Positions 37,963-47,864 of a stretch of DNA of 64,000 bases are shown here, piece after piece. How positions within the stretch are numbered: the first letter of the stretch is position 1; every line of letters begins with the position of its first letter. Source of the DNA: Patescibacteria group bacterium (GTDB taxonomy: Bacteria; Patescibacteriota; Patescibacteriia; 2-12-FULL-57-11); contig SCUL01000001.1 of assembly GCA_004297205.1 (NCBI GenBank), positions 93,862 to 157,861 of the forward strand. The letters run 5' to 3'. The notes beneath the pieces are model-generated. The model was not told the DNA's origin, ran no database searches, and was given only the letters and a program-made list of their open reading frames with translations. The translations under genes and the position numbers were made by a program.

Positions 37963-38550
37963 GTGGCACACACAACGGCCAGCCAACACGCATTTGCGAC
38001 GGTGTTGTACGACACCCTGTTCGGGCTCGTGTTGTTCTTCAGTCTCGACTCTTTTTTGACCATCTCGGAGCCCGCGCACTTCCTCTTCTTTCTGTTCGCC
38101 ACGGCCGTGCTGGTCCACTGGTGGCTCATGTTCAAGGCCGCCGAAGACGAGTTCGGCAACGAATTCCGCACCGCGGCGGTTCATTTGGTGCTCAACCTTG
38201 CCGTCATCCTGCTGCTGGAGTTCTTCATCCTGAACGCGCGCACCTTCCATTACCTGGCTGCGGCGCTGTTCATGCTGGCGGTGTTCTGCGTGGACCTGGC
38301 GTGGGCCGGACTCGCCTTGCGCGCGCATCGCTTCAAAGCGAAGGGCCGGAGACTGGCCGCCATGCGCACGGAACTGCGCTCCATCATCGCGACCGACGCG
38401 CTTGTCGTCGCCTTGCTCGGTGCCCTGACCGCCGCCGCCTTCCTGTTCCCCCTGCCGCCGCTCGTCTTCGTACTCGGCTTCGTCGCCATCTACTTGTTCT
38501 ACATCCAGCTCAGTTTCAAGTTCCAGATCATCGACCTGAAGGCGTTCTAG
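37963..38550 (+). CDS. Hypothetical multi-TM membrane protein
   Basis: SD AGGAGG before GTG; ~6 hydrophobic segments. Confidence 0.8.
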   Translation: MAHTTASQHAFATVLYDTLFGLVLFFSLDSFLTISEPAHFLFFLFATAVLVHWWLMFKAAEDEFGNEFRTAAVHLVLNLAVILLLEFFILNARTFHYLAAALFMLAVFCVDLAWAGLALRAHRFKAKGRRLAAMRTELRSIIATDALVVALLGALTAAAFLFPLPPLVFVLGFVAIYLFYIQLSFKFQIIDLKAF

Positions 38551-38584
38551 AACATGGTGCGCGGAGGGTGGCGAGCGGCAGCAT

Positions 38585-40510
38585 TCAAACGGAAACTGCA
38601 GCCAAGGCGCCCTCGGCCATGGCGTCCGTCACCCGTCGCGGCTGTTTGGCGTCGCCCACGACCTGCAGCGAGCGCACCTTCCCCCGGAGTTCCGCGGCGA
38701 CGCCGTCATTGGGCGTGGCGCCCAGGCAAAGGACGACGGTATCCGCGGGCAACGTTCTTGGACCATGCGGACCCTCGACCGACACCGTCTGCGGGCCGAC
38801 GGCCATGACCTTGGTGTCCGTCAGGATGGCGACGTGGTGTTTTTTCAAACGTCCGAGCAGCAGGGCCCGGTCGTCGACCGGCCCGTCGGCGGCGACGGCG
38901 CCGCCGGCTTCGACGATCGTCACGCGATGCCCGTCGGCGGCGAGCGCCTCGGCCGTCTGCGCGCCCATGCAGCCGCCGCCCGCCACGACGACGCGGCCGG
39001 TCGCGTTCACCCAGCCTTCCAGCAGGTCGCGCGCAATGACCACGTTGGTCCGACCGACGCCCGGGATGTTCGGCCGGTTTGGCACGGACCCGATGGCGAT
39101 GATCGCGGCGTCGTACTGCCCCGCGCGGACGGCGCCGGGAACGAACTCGGCGTTCAGCCGGACCGTGATCGGCAGGCGCTTCACGTCCCGGACCAACGCA
39201 TCCCGCAATTCCGACCAGCCTTGGCGGTGCGGAGCCACCGCGGCGGCGGCCAGCTGCCCGCCGAGTTGTCCGTGCTTCTCGTACAACGTCACTGTGTGTC
39301 CGAGTTCCGCGGCCGTGCGCGCGGCGGACAATCCGGCCGGTCCCCCGCCGACCACGAGCACGCGTCTCTTCGTTTTGGGCTTCTTGGCGAATTGCCGTTC
39401 CCGCCCGTTGGCCGGATTCACGGTGCACCAGACGTCCTGCTGCGCGAACAACCGGCTGATGCAGCCCTGGTTGCAGGCGATGCAGGGCATGATTTCGCCG
39501 AGCCGCCCTTCGCGCACCTTGTTCGGCCACTCGGGGTCGGCGAGCAACGTTCGTCCGACGGCGATGAAATCAGCCTTCTTCTCTTTGATCGCGCGCTCTC
39601 CCGTCTCGGCGGACCGAATTTTTGCAACAGCAATGACAGGTATCTTCACGGCCTTTTTGACGCCCGCCGCGAGATGCAGCAGCGGGGCATCCGGCACGGC
39701 CATGGGCGGGATCATCATGCCGCGCGCGTAGGAGGCGTAGTTGCCGGCGGAAATGTGGAGCGCGTCGGCGCCGAGGTCCTGCAGCCGCTGGGCGATGCGG
39801 ACGGTGTCGGACAAACGGATGCCGCCCGCAACGAGCTCGTCGCCCGACAAGCGGACCGCGACCGGATAGCGTCCGCCGACGGCGCCGCGCACCGCGGCCA
39901 TGACCTCCGCCAGGAACCGGATGCGGTTGTCGAAACCGCCGCCGTAGCCGTCGGTGCGCCGGTTCGAAAACGGCGAGAGGAACTGCGTGATGAGGTAACC
40001 GTGGGCGCCGTGGACCTCCACGAAGTCCAGTCCGGCCTTTTTGGCGCGCAGCGCCGCGGCCCCGTAGGCGCGCACCAGCGACGTGATTTCCGCCGCGGTC
40101 AGCTCGTGCGGAATCTCGTTGACCGTGGGGTCCGGCAGCGGCGAGGGCGCTACCGGCTGCCTTCCCGTGGTCTTCGCGGACGTCTGCCGGCCGGCGTGGT
40201 AGAGCTGGATGCCGATCTTGGCGCCGTGGCGATGCGCCGCCGCGGCGAGTTTGCGCAGTCCCGGCACCATCGCATCGCTGTGGATGCCGAGCTCGTTGAC
40301 GAATCCCTTGCCGTCGGGACGGATGAAGCTCGCCTCCAAGATCATCATGCCGATGCCGCCGCGCGCCACCCGTTCGATGTGGTCGACGTAGCGCGGCGTG
40401 ACGCGACCGCGCGCGTCCGCATAGTTGCGGACCATGGGCGGCATGACGAGACGATTTTTGAGCGTCATCGTGCCGATGCGTCCTTGGCTGAACAGCGTGT
40501 GGAAGGACAT
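38585..40510 (-). CDS. NADH:flavin oxidoreductase (old yellow enzyme plus FeS/FAD domains; 2,4-dienoyl-CoA reductase-like)
   Basis: QLYHAGR, EVHGAHGYLITQFLSP, CIACNQGC, VVGGGPAG. Confidence 0.93.
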   Translation of the reverse strand: MSFHTLFSQGRIGTMTLKNRLVMPPMVRNYADARGRVTPRYVDHIERVARGGIGMMILEASFIRPDGKGFVNELGIHSDAMVPGLRKLAAAAHRHGAKIGIQLYHAGRQTSAKTTGRQPVAPSPLPDPTVNEIPHELTAAEITSLVRAYGAAALRAKKAGLDFVEVHGAHGYLITQFLSPFSNRRTDGYGGGFDNRIRFLAEVMAAVRGAVGGRYPVAVRLSGDELVAGGIRLSDTVRIAQRLQDLGADALHISAGNYASYARGMMIPPMAVPDAPLLHLAAGVKKAVKIPVIAVAKIRSAETGERAIKEKKADFIAVGRTLLADPEWPNKVREGRLGEIMPCIACNQGCISRLFAQQDVWCTVNPANGRERQFAKKPKTKRRVLVVGGGPAGLSAARTAAELGHTVTLYEKHGQLGGQLAAAAVAPHRQGWSELRDALVRDVKRLPITVRLNAEFVPGAVRAGQYDAAIIAIGSVPNRPNIPGVGRTNVVIARDLLEGWVNATGRVVVAGGGCMGAQTAEALAADGHRVTIVEAGGAVAADGPVDDRALLLGRLKKHHVAILTDTKVMAVGPQTVSVEGPHGPRTLPADTVVLCLGATPNDGVAAELRGKVRSLQVVGDAKQPRRVTDAMAEGALAAVSV

Positions 40511-40575
40511 AGCTCCTGTGGTTTGCCCGCACTCTACCATGCTTGGCATTTCCCACGAAGAATGCCAGGATGCCG

Positions 40576-40600
40576 CCGCATCTTCACGGGGAAGATGCGG
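40576..40600 (+). promoter_or_regulatory. 5' leader hairpin of guaA, homologous to that of prs
   Basis: CCGCATCTTC-acggg-GAAGATGCGG directly after TTGGCA-17-CAGGAT. Confidence 0.7.
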
Positions 40601-40605
40601 AGGGA

Positions 40606-42255
40606 ATGTTCTTGTCAGTCACATCAGGCAACGTGCACCGCTTCCCGTGGGCCGCCGGAAACGACGCCCAGATCCTGATCGTCCAGATGGGCTCCAAGTC
40701 CACCCCGACGATCAAGGAGCTGCTCATGAAGATCGGCTTCCGAAGCCGGGTCGTCGGGTGGCGGGAACTTCCGGACGTCTGGGCGCGGCAGGACCTCAAG
40801 CCGAACCTGGTCATCCTCTCCGGAGGCGAGCAGAGCGTCTACGACCCGGACGCGCCAGGCATGTCCGCCGAGCTCTTCCGGGCCATCATCCGGGAGTCGG
40901 TCATCCTCGGGATCTGCTACGGCGCCCAGCTGCTCGCGCAGCTCGGCGGAGGCGAGGTGCGCAAGGCGGCCAAGCCGGAAGTCGGCATGGTCGACGTCCG
41001 CGTCAAGAGTCCGCTCGGCCATTACAAGGGCGGAACCGTGGTCATGAACCATGGCGACGAGATCGTGCGGATGCCGGCCGACTGGAAGGTCGTCGGCTCC
41101 ACGCAGGACTGCGCGCACGCCCTGTGCGTCAGCCCGCGCGCCGTGGCGGTCCAGTTCCACCCGGAGATGGACCACACCGAGGGCGGGAACCACCTGCTCA
41201 AGTACGTGGCCAAGGCGATCGCCGACTGCCGCACCGACTTCTCCTTCCAGCCGAGCACCTTCATCACGGAGGCGGGCCGCTGGCTGCGGGAGACGATCCC
41301 GACCGGTCACGTCGTCTGCGGCGCTTCGGCCGGCGTCGACTCCACGTCGGCGCTGCTCATCGGCCGCCAGGCCTACGGCACGCGCATCCATGGCGTCTAC
41401 GTGGACAACGGGCTGATGCGCGAGGGCGAGACGGACGAAGCGCGCGGCATCTACGGAGCCGCGGGCATGACCTATGTCGACGCCCGCGAAGTGTTCTACG
41501 ACGCGCTCGAGGCCATTCCGTACCCCGCGGACGGCCGCCCGGCGCAACGCGAGAGCGCGTACTTCAAGGAAGTGCGCGCGGTGGTCGGCAAGACCTTCAT
41601 CGAGGTCTTCGCCCGGCAGACGCGGGTCATGGAGCTCCCCTTCCGGGCGCTCATGCAGGGCACCAACCGCGCCGACATCGTGGAGTCGGAGACGGGGCTC
41701 AAGGCGCACCACAACGTCGGGGCGCTGCCGCTCCGGCTCATGGAGGAGTTCGGCCTCGACGTCATCGAGCCGCTGGCCGACCTCTTCAAGTACCAGGTCC
41801 GGGAGGTCGCCGAGGCGCTCGGCCTGCCGGAGGAGGTGGCACGGCGCCAGCCGTTCCCCGGTCCGGGGCTCTCACTCCGGCTGTGGGGCAAGATCGACCG
41901 TTCGATCTTCCCGCCGCTGGCGCGCGCCAACCGGATCCTCCACGAGGTGGTGGTCAAGCACTACCCGGCGTTCAACCGGCGCCCGCACCAGTACTACGCG
42001 GCGTTCATGCCGCTGCCGTCGGTGGGGATCATGGGCGATGGGCGCGTCTCCGGTTACGGCTGGTGGATCCGCCTCGTCTCGGCCCGCAACCGGGAGAACT
42101 ACTCCTCGATCGGGAACTTCCTAGCCAGCGCCAAGTTCTACGCCGAGCTCACCCAGCGCCTGACGACCGAGACGCGCATGCCGGACGGCACGCCGTTCAT
42201 CCGGGTGGCGCAGGAGATGACGCCGAAGCCCCCGTCGACGACCGAGCTGCACTGA
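40606..42255 (+). CDS. guaA: GMP synthase (glutamine-hydrolysing), divergent
   Basis: LGICYGAQ, AVQFHPE, SAGVDS, YVDNGLMREGE, LKAHHNVG, RQPFPGPGL, KPPSTTE. Confidence 0.93.
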   Translation: MFLSVTSGNVHRFPWAAGNDAQILIVQMGSKSTPTIKELLMKIGFRSRVVGWRELPDVWARQDLKPNLVILSGGEQSVYDPDAPGMSAELFRAIIRESVILGICYGAQLLAQLGGGEVRKAAKPEVGMVDVRVKSPLGHYKGGTVVMNHGDEIVRMPADWKVVGSTQDCAHALCVSPRAVAVQFHPEMDHTEGGNHLLKYVAKAIADCRTDFSFQPSTFITEAGRWLRETIPTGHVVCGASAGVDSTSALLIGRQAYGTRIHGVYVDNGLMREGETDEARGIYGAAGMTYVDAREVFYDALEAIPYPADGRPAQRESAYFKEVRAVVGKTFIEVFARQTRVMELPFRALMQGTNRADIVESETGLKAHHNVGALPLRLMEEFGLDVIEPLADLFKYQVREVAEALGLPEEVARRQPFPGPGLSLRLWGKIDRSIFPPLARANRILHEVVVKHYPAFNRRPHQYYAAFMPLPSVGIMGDGRVSGYGWWIRLVSARNRENYSSIGNFLASAKFYAELTQRLTTETRMPDGTPFIRVAQEMTPKPPSTTELH

Positions 42256-42289
42256 ACCGACCGGGAACAGTGCGGCGGCTGCGCAGCAA

Positions 42290-42312
42290 TGCGCGGCTTC
42301 TTTTTTTATCCA
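42290..42312 (+). repeat. 23-bp terminator-tail direct repeat, copy 1 (copy 2 at 43443-43465)
   Basis: TGCGCGGCTTCTTTTTTTATCCA after both guaA and prs. Confidence 0.9.
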
Positions 42313-42353
42313 CCGACCATGGACGGGACGGCACGGTTTTTTGTAGGATGCGG

Positions 42354-42378
42354 CCGCGCCTTCATGGAGAAGGCGCGG
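42354..42378 (+). promoter_or_regulatory. 5' leader hairpin of prs
   Basis: CCGCGCCTTC-atgga-GAAGGCGCGG; two compensatory base-pair changes relative to the guaA hairpin. Confidence 0.7.
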
Positions 42379-42393
42379 GAGAGCGAGGGAGTG

Positions 42394-43410
42394 ATGAACG
42401 AAATTCTGGTCTTTTCAAACACGGCCGCCCACGCGCAGGCGCGACAGGTCATCGCCGCAAGCGCCGCGGCGGGGATGAACGGCTCCCTCACGCCCGGGAA
42501 GGCGGAGGTCGGCTTCCACAACGACGGCGAGCCCTGGGTGGAGATCCTCTCCCAGGTGCGCGGTCGCGATTGCGTCGTGATCGCGACGATCGCGCCGTTC
42601 GCGCAGGGGTCGGTCCGCCACAGCGTCAACGACATGGCCATGCAGATGCTGATCCTGCTCGATGCGCTGCGCAACGCCTCGGCGCGCATCGTGACGGTGG
42701 TCTTCCCCTACCTCGGGTATCTGCGGCAGGACCGCCGCAGCGGCAAGGTCACCCACCGCACCGCGGTGAGCGCCCGCGTCATCGCCGAGGCCGTGGAGGC
42801 CGTCAACCACCGGACGCCGCACGCCTGCGCCGTGGAAATCCACGCGCTGCAGGTCGAGGCGTTCTTCCGCACGATGTCCTTCGAGAACATCCCGGCGCTC
42901 CGGACCATCGCCGACCAGCTGCCCGCCGAGGCCCACCGCAACGCGGTGGTCGTGTCCCCGGACCGCGGGGGCGTGGACCGTGCCGCGGCGCTCAAGGAGC
43001 ACCTTGGGCTCCAGGACCTGGCGATCGTCTACAAGTCGCGCATCGAGCCGGGCAAAGCCAAGGCCGAACGGATCGCCGGCGACGTCCGCGGCCGCGACGT
43101 CATCGTCGTGGACGACATGATTGACACGGCGGGAACGCTGGTCTCGGCCGCGTCGTTCCTGCGCGCGGAAGGTGCCGCCCGCATCACGGTCGCCGCCTGC
43201 CACGGGCTGTTCTCCGGTCCGGCGCTCGAGCGCATCGCAGCCTCCGACATCGACCGCATCTACGTGCTCGACACGGTGCCGCCGGCGCCGGGGGTCGCCG
43301 AACACCCCAAAATCACCGTGCTGCCGGTGGCGCCGCTGCTGGCGCGCGCCATCCGGTCCATCCGCCAGGGCGAGTCCCTGCGCAGCCTCGGCAAGTCCGA
43401 ACCCCGATAG
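42394..43410 (+). CDS. prs: Ribose-phosphate pyrophosphokinase
   Basis: FHNDGE..V, VRGRD, PYLGYLRQDR, VSPDRGG, VVDDMIDTAGTL, HGLFSGPA. Confidence 0.94.
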   Translation: MNEILVFSNTAAHAQARQVIAASAAAGMNGSLTPGKAEVGFHNDGEPWVEILSQVRGRDCVVIATIAPFAQGSVRHSVNDMAMQMLILLDALRNASARIVTVVFPYLGYLRQDRRSGKVTHRTAVSARVIAEAVEAVNHRTPHACAVEIHALQVEAFFRTMSFENIPALRTIADQLPAEAHRNAVVVSPDRGGVDRAAALKEHLGLQDLAIVYKSRIEPGKAKAERIAGDVRGRDVIVVDDMIDTAGTLVSAASFLRAEGAARITVAACHGLFSGPALERIAASDIDRIYVLDTVPPAPGVAEHPKITVLPVAPLLARAIRSIRQGESLRSLGKSEPR

Positions 43411-43442
43411 TCCGCCCCGCCGCCGCGGGACCGCCGTGCATC

Positions 43443-43465
43443 TGCGCGGCTTCTTTTTTTATCCA
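43443..43465 (+). repeat. 23-bp terminator-tail direct repeat, copy 2
   Basis: Identical to 42290-42312. Confidence 0.9.
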
Positions 43466-43499
43466 AAAACAAAACGCGACCCACACGGGTCGTGTTCGG

Positions 43500-44084
43500 T
43501 CAGGCGGCGACCGGATGCCAGACGTGCATGTGCTCCGCTGTCGGCGCGGCGCCGGTGGTCGAAGCCGCGGTGATGGCGGCGCGCATGCAGGCGTAGTCCG
43601 TAAGGAAGCCGTGGGTTCCCGCTTTCCAAGATTCGCCGGATGCGGATCGGCGCACGACCTCTTCCGGCCCGCACCACGCGAAGCGTTCCACCTCGCCCGG
43701 CTGCGGCGCGAAGGCCTCGACCGGCAGGTCCAACACGGCGACGAATTCCCGCATCCACAACCGCACTTCCGGGACGCGCGTGGTGCGCCAGGCGACGAGC
43801 GGCAGATGCGCCAGACGGATGCCAGCCTCCTCCTCGATCTCCTTGCGGGCGTTGCTCTCGTACGTCTCGCCCACGGCGACGTGGCCGCCGAGATGCGTCA
43901 TCCACGTTCCGGGTAGGCGTTCCTTGCCGAAAGAACGCTGGTGGCAAAGCACCTCCCCGGCATGATTGAGGATGAAGATGTTGGTGGAGCGGCACCAGGC
44001 GCGCTGGGCGATGGCATCCGCGCGCGGCAAACACACGCCGGTGCTCTGACCGGTGTCGGCGTGGACGATTTCAAGCATTTCCAT
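43500..44084 (-). CDS. NUDIX hydrolase (IDI/YfcD-like)
   Basis: HQRS..K...PGTW....GGHVAVGETYESNARKEIEEEAGI. Confidence 0.88.
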   Translation of the reverse strand: MEMLEIVHADTGQSTGVCLPRADAIAQRAWCRSTNIFILNHAGEVLCHQRSFGKERLPGTWMTHLGGHVAVGETYESNARKEIEEEAGIRLAHLPLVAWRTTRVPEVRLWMREFVAVLDLPVEAFAPQPGEVERFAWCGPEEVVRRSASGESWKAGTHGFLTDYACMRAAITAASTTGAAPTAEHMHVWHPVAA

Positions 44085-44277
44085 ACGGGCGATAAAACAA
44101 AAGACTCTTCCCTGCCGGAAAAAGTCCCTTGCGGGGATCAAGCGGCTGGGTCCGCTTGTCCCAAGATCTTCCGCCATTTCACTCGGGTTGGGCAGATGCC
44201 CAAACCCGCGAAGATGCGTCAATCTTGTGGCAAACGGTTATCCGGAAGATAGCACGTCTGCCGGCCTTTTGCAAGGC

Positions 44278-44766
44278 CTATTCCACGGTCACCGCCGTGA
44301 CCATGCCCATGGCGCGGTGCACGCCCACGGAGCAATACGCCTCGAACGTTCCCGTCTTGTCCGGGGTGAATTCGACCGTCTCCGATTCGCCGGCCTTCAG
44401 CTTCTTCGTGGCCACGCCGAACTCGTCGAGCCGGAAGTCGTGCATGCCCTCGTTGTTCACGAAGGTCAGGCGGACCTTCTGCCCGCTCTTCAACGCCAGC
44501 GTCTTGGTGGAGAAGGCGAAGTTATCGCCGACAATGACCACTTCGCGCACGTCCTCGGCGTCCACGGCATCCGACGGCGGCGCCGTCTCCACCGGTGCGG
44601 CGGCGGCGCCCCCCGTGTTCGTCCCCTGGCCGGACCGCGGCAAGGCGCTCCCAATGTCGGCCTGCGCAGCCTCCGACGCGGGCGCCGGCGTCCGGGTCAG
44701 ATAAAATCCGCCGGCGGCGAAGACGGCGAAAACGAGAACAACGGCCGCGGCAATCTTGATGGACAT
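44278..44766 (-). CDS. Membrane-anchored cupredoxin-domain protein
   Basis: MHDF..., GTFEAYCSVGVHRAMGM (type-1 copper H/C/H/M ligands). Confidence 0.9.
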   Translation of the reverse strand: MSIKIAAAVVLVFAVFAAGGFYLTRTPAPASEAAQADIGSALPRSGQGTNTGGAAAAPVETAPPSDAVDAEDVREVVIVGDNFAFSTKTLALKSGQKVRLTFVNNEGMHDFRLDEFGVATKKLKAGESETVEFTPDKTGTFEAYCSVGVHRAMGMVTAVTVE

Positions 44767-44910
44767 AGCCGGAGAGAAAAATGACGGCCCTATACTACAA
44801 ATTGTAGTAAACACGCACAACGCACGGTCTGTGGATAGCTTGGCGCGTGGACGACATATGTACACGAAGCATCGGGGGCGGTTACACTGCTCCTCCACGC
44901 ACTATCTCCT

Positions 44911-46593
44911 ATGGCAAAAAAATCCAGCACCACCGCCCTGACTCCCGAACAACGCGACGCGCAGGACGCCCGTTACGCCCAGGGACACACGTACGACGTG
45001 GTGATCATCGGCACGGGCAGCTCGGCGCTGACCGCCGGTGCGCTTCTGGCCCACGCCGGTAAAAAGGTCTGCCTGCTGGAGGCGCATGACATTCCCGGCG
45101 GCTACGCCCAGACGTTCAAGGCCGGCGGCTTCGAGTTCTGCGCCCAGGTCCACTACATCTGGGGCTGCGCGCCCGGCGGCCGCATCTACGAATTCCTGAA
45201 ACGCATCGGTCTCGAGAACGACATCACCTTCGAGCTGTTTGATCCGGAGGGCTACGACCACATGGTCCTGCCGGACGGCAGGCGCGTGAAAATTCCCTAC
45301 GGCTGGGACAAGCTCGTGGAGAACGTCTGTGCGGCCTATCCCGACCAGCGCGTCCCGATGGAAAAGTTCGTCGGCGTGCTCCGGACGCTGCGCGACGAGT
45401 TCCGACATTTGCCGGCGCGCAAAGCCAAGTGGTGGGAGTACCTGCGCGCCTGGCGCGTCCGGCATATCATCAAATATCGGAAAGCCTCGCTCCAGGACCT
45501 GTTCGATGCGTGCAGGCTTTCCCGCGAAGCGCAGGCCGTGCTCGCCGCCAACGCCGGCGATTTCATGCTGCCGCCGGAGAAGCTCTCGCTCTTCATGTAC
45601 ATGGCGCTGTTCGGCGGCTACAACACCGGCGCCTACTCCCCCACCAAGCACTTCAAGTATTACGTCGAACGGTTGGCCCGCTTCATCACGGACCATCCGG
45701 GCTGCCACATCTATTACGAAACCGAAGTCACCGCGATCACCACCAACGGCGACCGCGTCAGCTCCGTCGGCACCAAAGACGGCAAAACGTTCACGGCCGA
45801 GACGTACGTCTGCAACGGCGACCCGCAGAAAATGGCCAAGATCATCGGCTGGGAAAAATTCCCGGCGGCCGAGCAGAAAAAACTGTCCTACCAGTATTCC
45901 GAGGCCGGCGTGGTCGTCTATCTCGGGCTCAAGGATATCGACCTGCGGAAGTTCGGCTTCGGCTCCTACAACATCTGGCATCTCGAAGGCTGGGACATGA
46001 ACCAGATGTGGCGCGAGATGGGCGCCTGCGACTTTTCCAAACCCTGGGTGTTCCTCTCCACGCCGACCTTGCACACCAGCGAAGGCGGAACCACGCCCGG
46101 ACCCGGCTACCAGATTCTGGAGCTGGCGTCGTTCGCGAACTATGCGCCGTTCAAGGATGCGCAGGACAAGGGGTATGCCGAATACTTCAAACTCAAACAG
46201 CGCGTCTCGGAACGGATGATCGACATCGCCGAAAAACGCTACATCCCGAACCTGCGCAAGCACATCGTCGTCAAACAGGTCGGCACGTCGACGACGAACG
46301 AGGATTTCGTGCTGGCGCCGAACGGCAACGCCTACGGCGCCGACATGATCCCCTCCCAGGTAACGCTGTCCCGCCTCAAGGCAACGACGCCCTTCAAAAA
46401 TTTCTGGTGGTGCAACGCCTCGAGCGGTTGGGCCGGCATGTTCGGCACGGTCTCGACCGGCATGAACCTGTACATGGACCTGACCGGCGACCGCTTCTTC
46501 GGCACGACTAAAGGCCCGACGGACGAGGAACTTATCGCGGCGCTGCCTCAGCCAGAGGCTGATCCGCCTCCGGCGGAGAAAACCGCGCGCTGA
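44911..46593 (+). CDS. Phytoene-desaturase-like FAD-dependent oxidoreductase
   Basis: YDVVIIGTG..ALTAGALLA..GKKVCLLEAHDIPGGYAQTF; GNAYG. Confidence 0.88.
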   Translation: MAKKSSTTALTPEQRDAQDARYAQGHTYDVVIIGTGSSALTAGALLAHAGKKVCLLEAHDIPGGYAQTFKAGGFEFCAQVHYIWGCAPGGRIYEFLKRIGLENDITFELFDPEGYDHMVLPDGRRVKIPYGWDKLVENVCAAYPDQRVPMEKFVGVLRTLRDEFRHLPARKAKWWEYLRAWRVRHIIKYRKASLQDLFDACRLSREAQAVLAANAGDFMLPPEKLSLFMYMALFGGYNTGAYSPTKHFKYYVERLARFITDHPGCHIYYETEVTAITTNGDRVSSVGTKDGKTFTAETYVCNGDPQKMAKIIGWEKFPAAEQKKLSYQYSEAGVVVYLGLKDIDLRKFGFGSYNIWHLEGWDMNQMWREMGACDFSKPWVFLSTPTLHTSEGGTTPGPGYQILELASFANYAPFKDAQDKGYAEYFKLKQRVSERMIDIAEKRYIPNLRKHIVVKQVGTSTTNEDFVLAPNGNAYGADMIPSQVTLSRLKATTPFKNFWWCNASSGWAGMFGTVSTGMNLYMDLTGDRFFGTTKGPTDEELIAALPQPEADPPPAEKTAR

Positions 46594-47854
46594 CCTGGGC
46601 GGCGACACGCTTCCCGCAACGCAGCGCGCCTTCGGTCCAGGGACTGTTCAGCCAGTCGCCGGCGAAAAAGACGTTCTGCCCGCCCTGCCCGTGTTCCATG
46701 AACGTTTTCACGGCGCGCAGATGCCCGTGCGCGAACTTCGGCATGGCCAGCGGCCAACGTTCGAGGTCGTGTTCCCGCACGTCGGCCGGAGAGGAGACCC
46801 ACGGACAGATCGGGAGGAACGCTTTTTTCACGGCCGCAAAGATCTCGGCGTCGCTCTTGTCCATGATCTGCCGCGCGAAGTCCTCATGCAGCCAGAGGTT
46901 CAAGAGCGTGTCGCCGTCCTGCAGGGCGTCGTCGCCTTTCATGGCCTCATTGACGTAGCCGCAGATCTTTTCCGACTCGACGTACGGCACCCAGACCACG
47001 GCCGTGTCCGGCAGCAGCGCGCGCCGCACCCGGAAGGAAACGCTGATGGTCGCGGCGAAGCGGGAACCCGCCAGTATGTCGCGCTGCGCCGCCGTCGGAT
47101 TCTTGTACAGAGCGGCGATGGACGGCGCCGGCGCGGCGACGACAACGGCGTCAAACGCATCCTCCGAACCGTCGACGAAAACGCGCACCTGCTCCCCGCC
47201 CGTGACGGCGCTGACCGCGGCGTTCAAACGCACGTCGGGCAGACGCGCCGCCATGGCATCCGGCAACGCTTGCATGCCGCCGGCGGTGCGATGCAGATGC
47301 CAGCGGTCCTTGTCCTTTTGAATGGATTGCATGATGCCCAGGAGCGCACCCAGGCTGATCTCGCGGGCGCGGTGGAACTGGTAGGTCGTCGAGAACGCGT
47401 CCACGAAGTAGTCGCTGACCTCGCGGCCGGCGCGCACGCGCATGTAGTCATAGGCGTTGGCGTGGTCGTGGATGGCCAGGTCGTCGAGCCAGAGGAAATC
47501 GCCGACGTCGCGCATCAGCGCCTGTTGCGCGGCAAGACGCAGCTTGCTGAGCGGTCCGAGGGCGGCCTCGGGAGAAATGACCTTTCCTCCTTTGACGATG
47601 CCGTACTTCAAGAAACGCATCTTCTCCCAACCGACGCCGAACTCGCGGCAGGCGTCCTTGATGCCGTCGTACAGGTCGCACAGGTGGTCGGCGCCCAAAT
47701 CAAAGATGAAGCCGTCCTTGCTGCGGGACGACATGCGGCCGCCGACGTAGCCGTTTTTCTCAAACACCACCACGTCGAACCCCGCCTTCCGCAGATCGGT
47801 GGCGCAACTCAGGCCGGCGATGCCGGCGCCGATGACGGCAATCCGTTGAGGCAT
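46532..47854 (-). CDS. FAD-dependent oxidoreductase (protoporphyrinogen/amine oxidase-like)
   Basis: IAVIGAGIAGL, FEK...VGGR, FDLGAD, RWPLAMP, FAGDW...EGALRCG. Confidence 0.88.
   Translation of the reverse strand: MPQRIAVIGAGIAGLSCATDLRKAGFDVVVFEKNGYVGGRMSSRSKDGFIFDLGADHLCDLYDGIKDACREFGVGWEKMRFLKYGIVKGGKVISPEAALGPLSKLRLAAQQALMRDVGDFLWLDDLAIHDHANAYDYMRVRAGREVSDYFVDAFSTTYQFHRAREISLGALLGIMQSIQKDKDRWHLHRTAGGMQALPDAMAARLPDVRLNAAVSAVTGGEQVRVFVDGSEDAFDAVVVAAPAPSIAALYKNPTAAQRDILAGSRFAATISVSFRVRRALLPDTAVVWVPYVESEKICGYVNEAMKGDDALQDGDTLLNLWLHEDFARQIMDKSDAEIFAAVKKAFLPICPWVSSPADVREHDLERWPLAMPKFAHGHLRAVKTFMEHGQGGQNVFFAGDWLNSPWTEGALRCGKRVAAQVSARFSPPEADQPLAEAAPR
46547..46578. repeat. 32-bp near-palindromic element inside the overlap of two convergent CDSs
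   Basis: CTCAGCCAGAGGCTGATCCGCCTCCGGCGGAG. Confidence 0.7.
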
Positions 47855-47864
47855 GGGGAAACGA

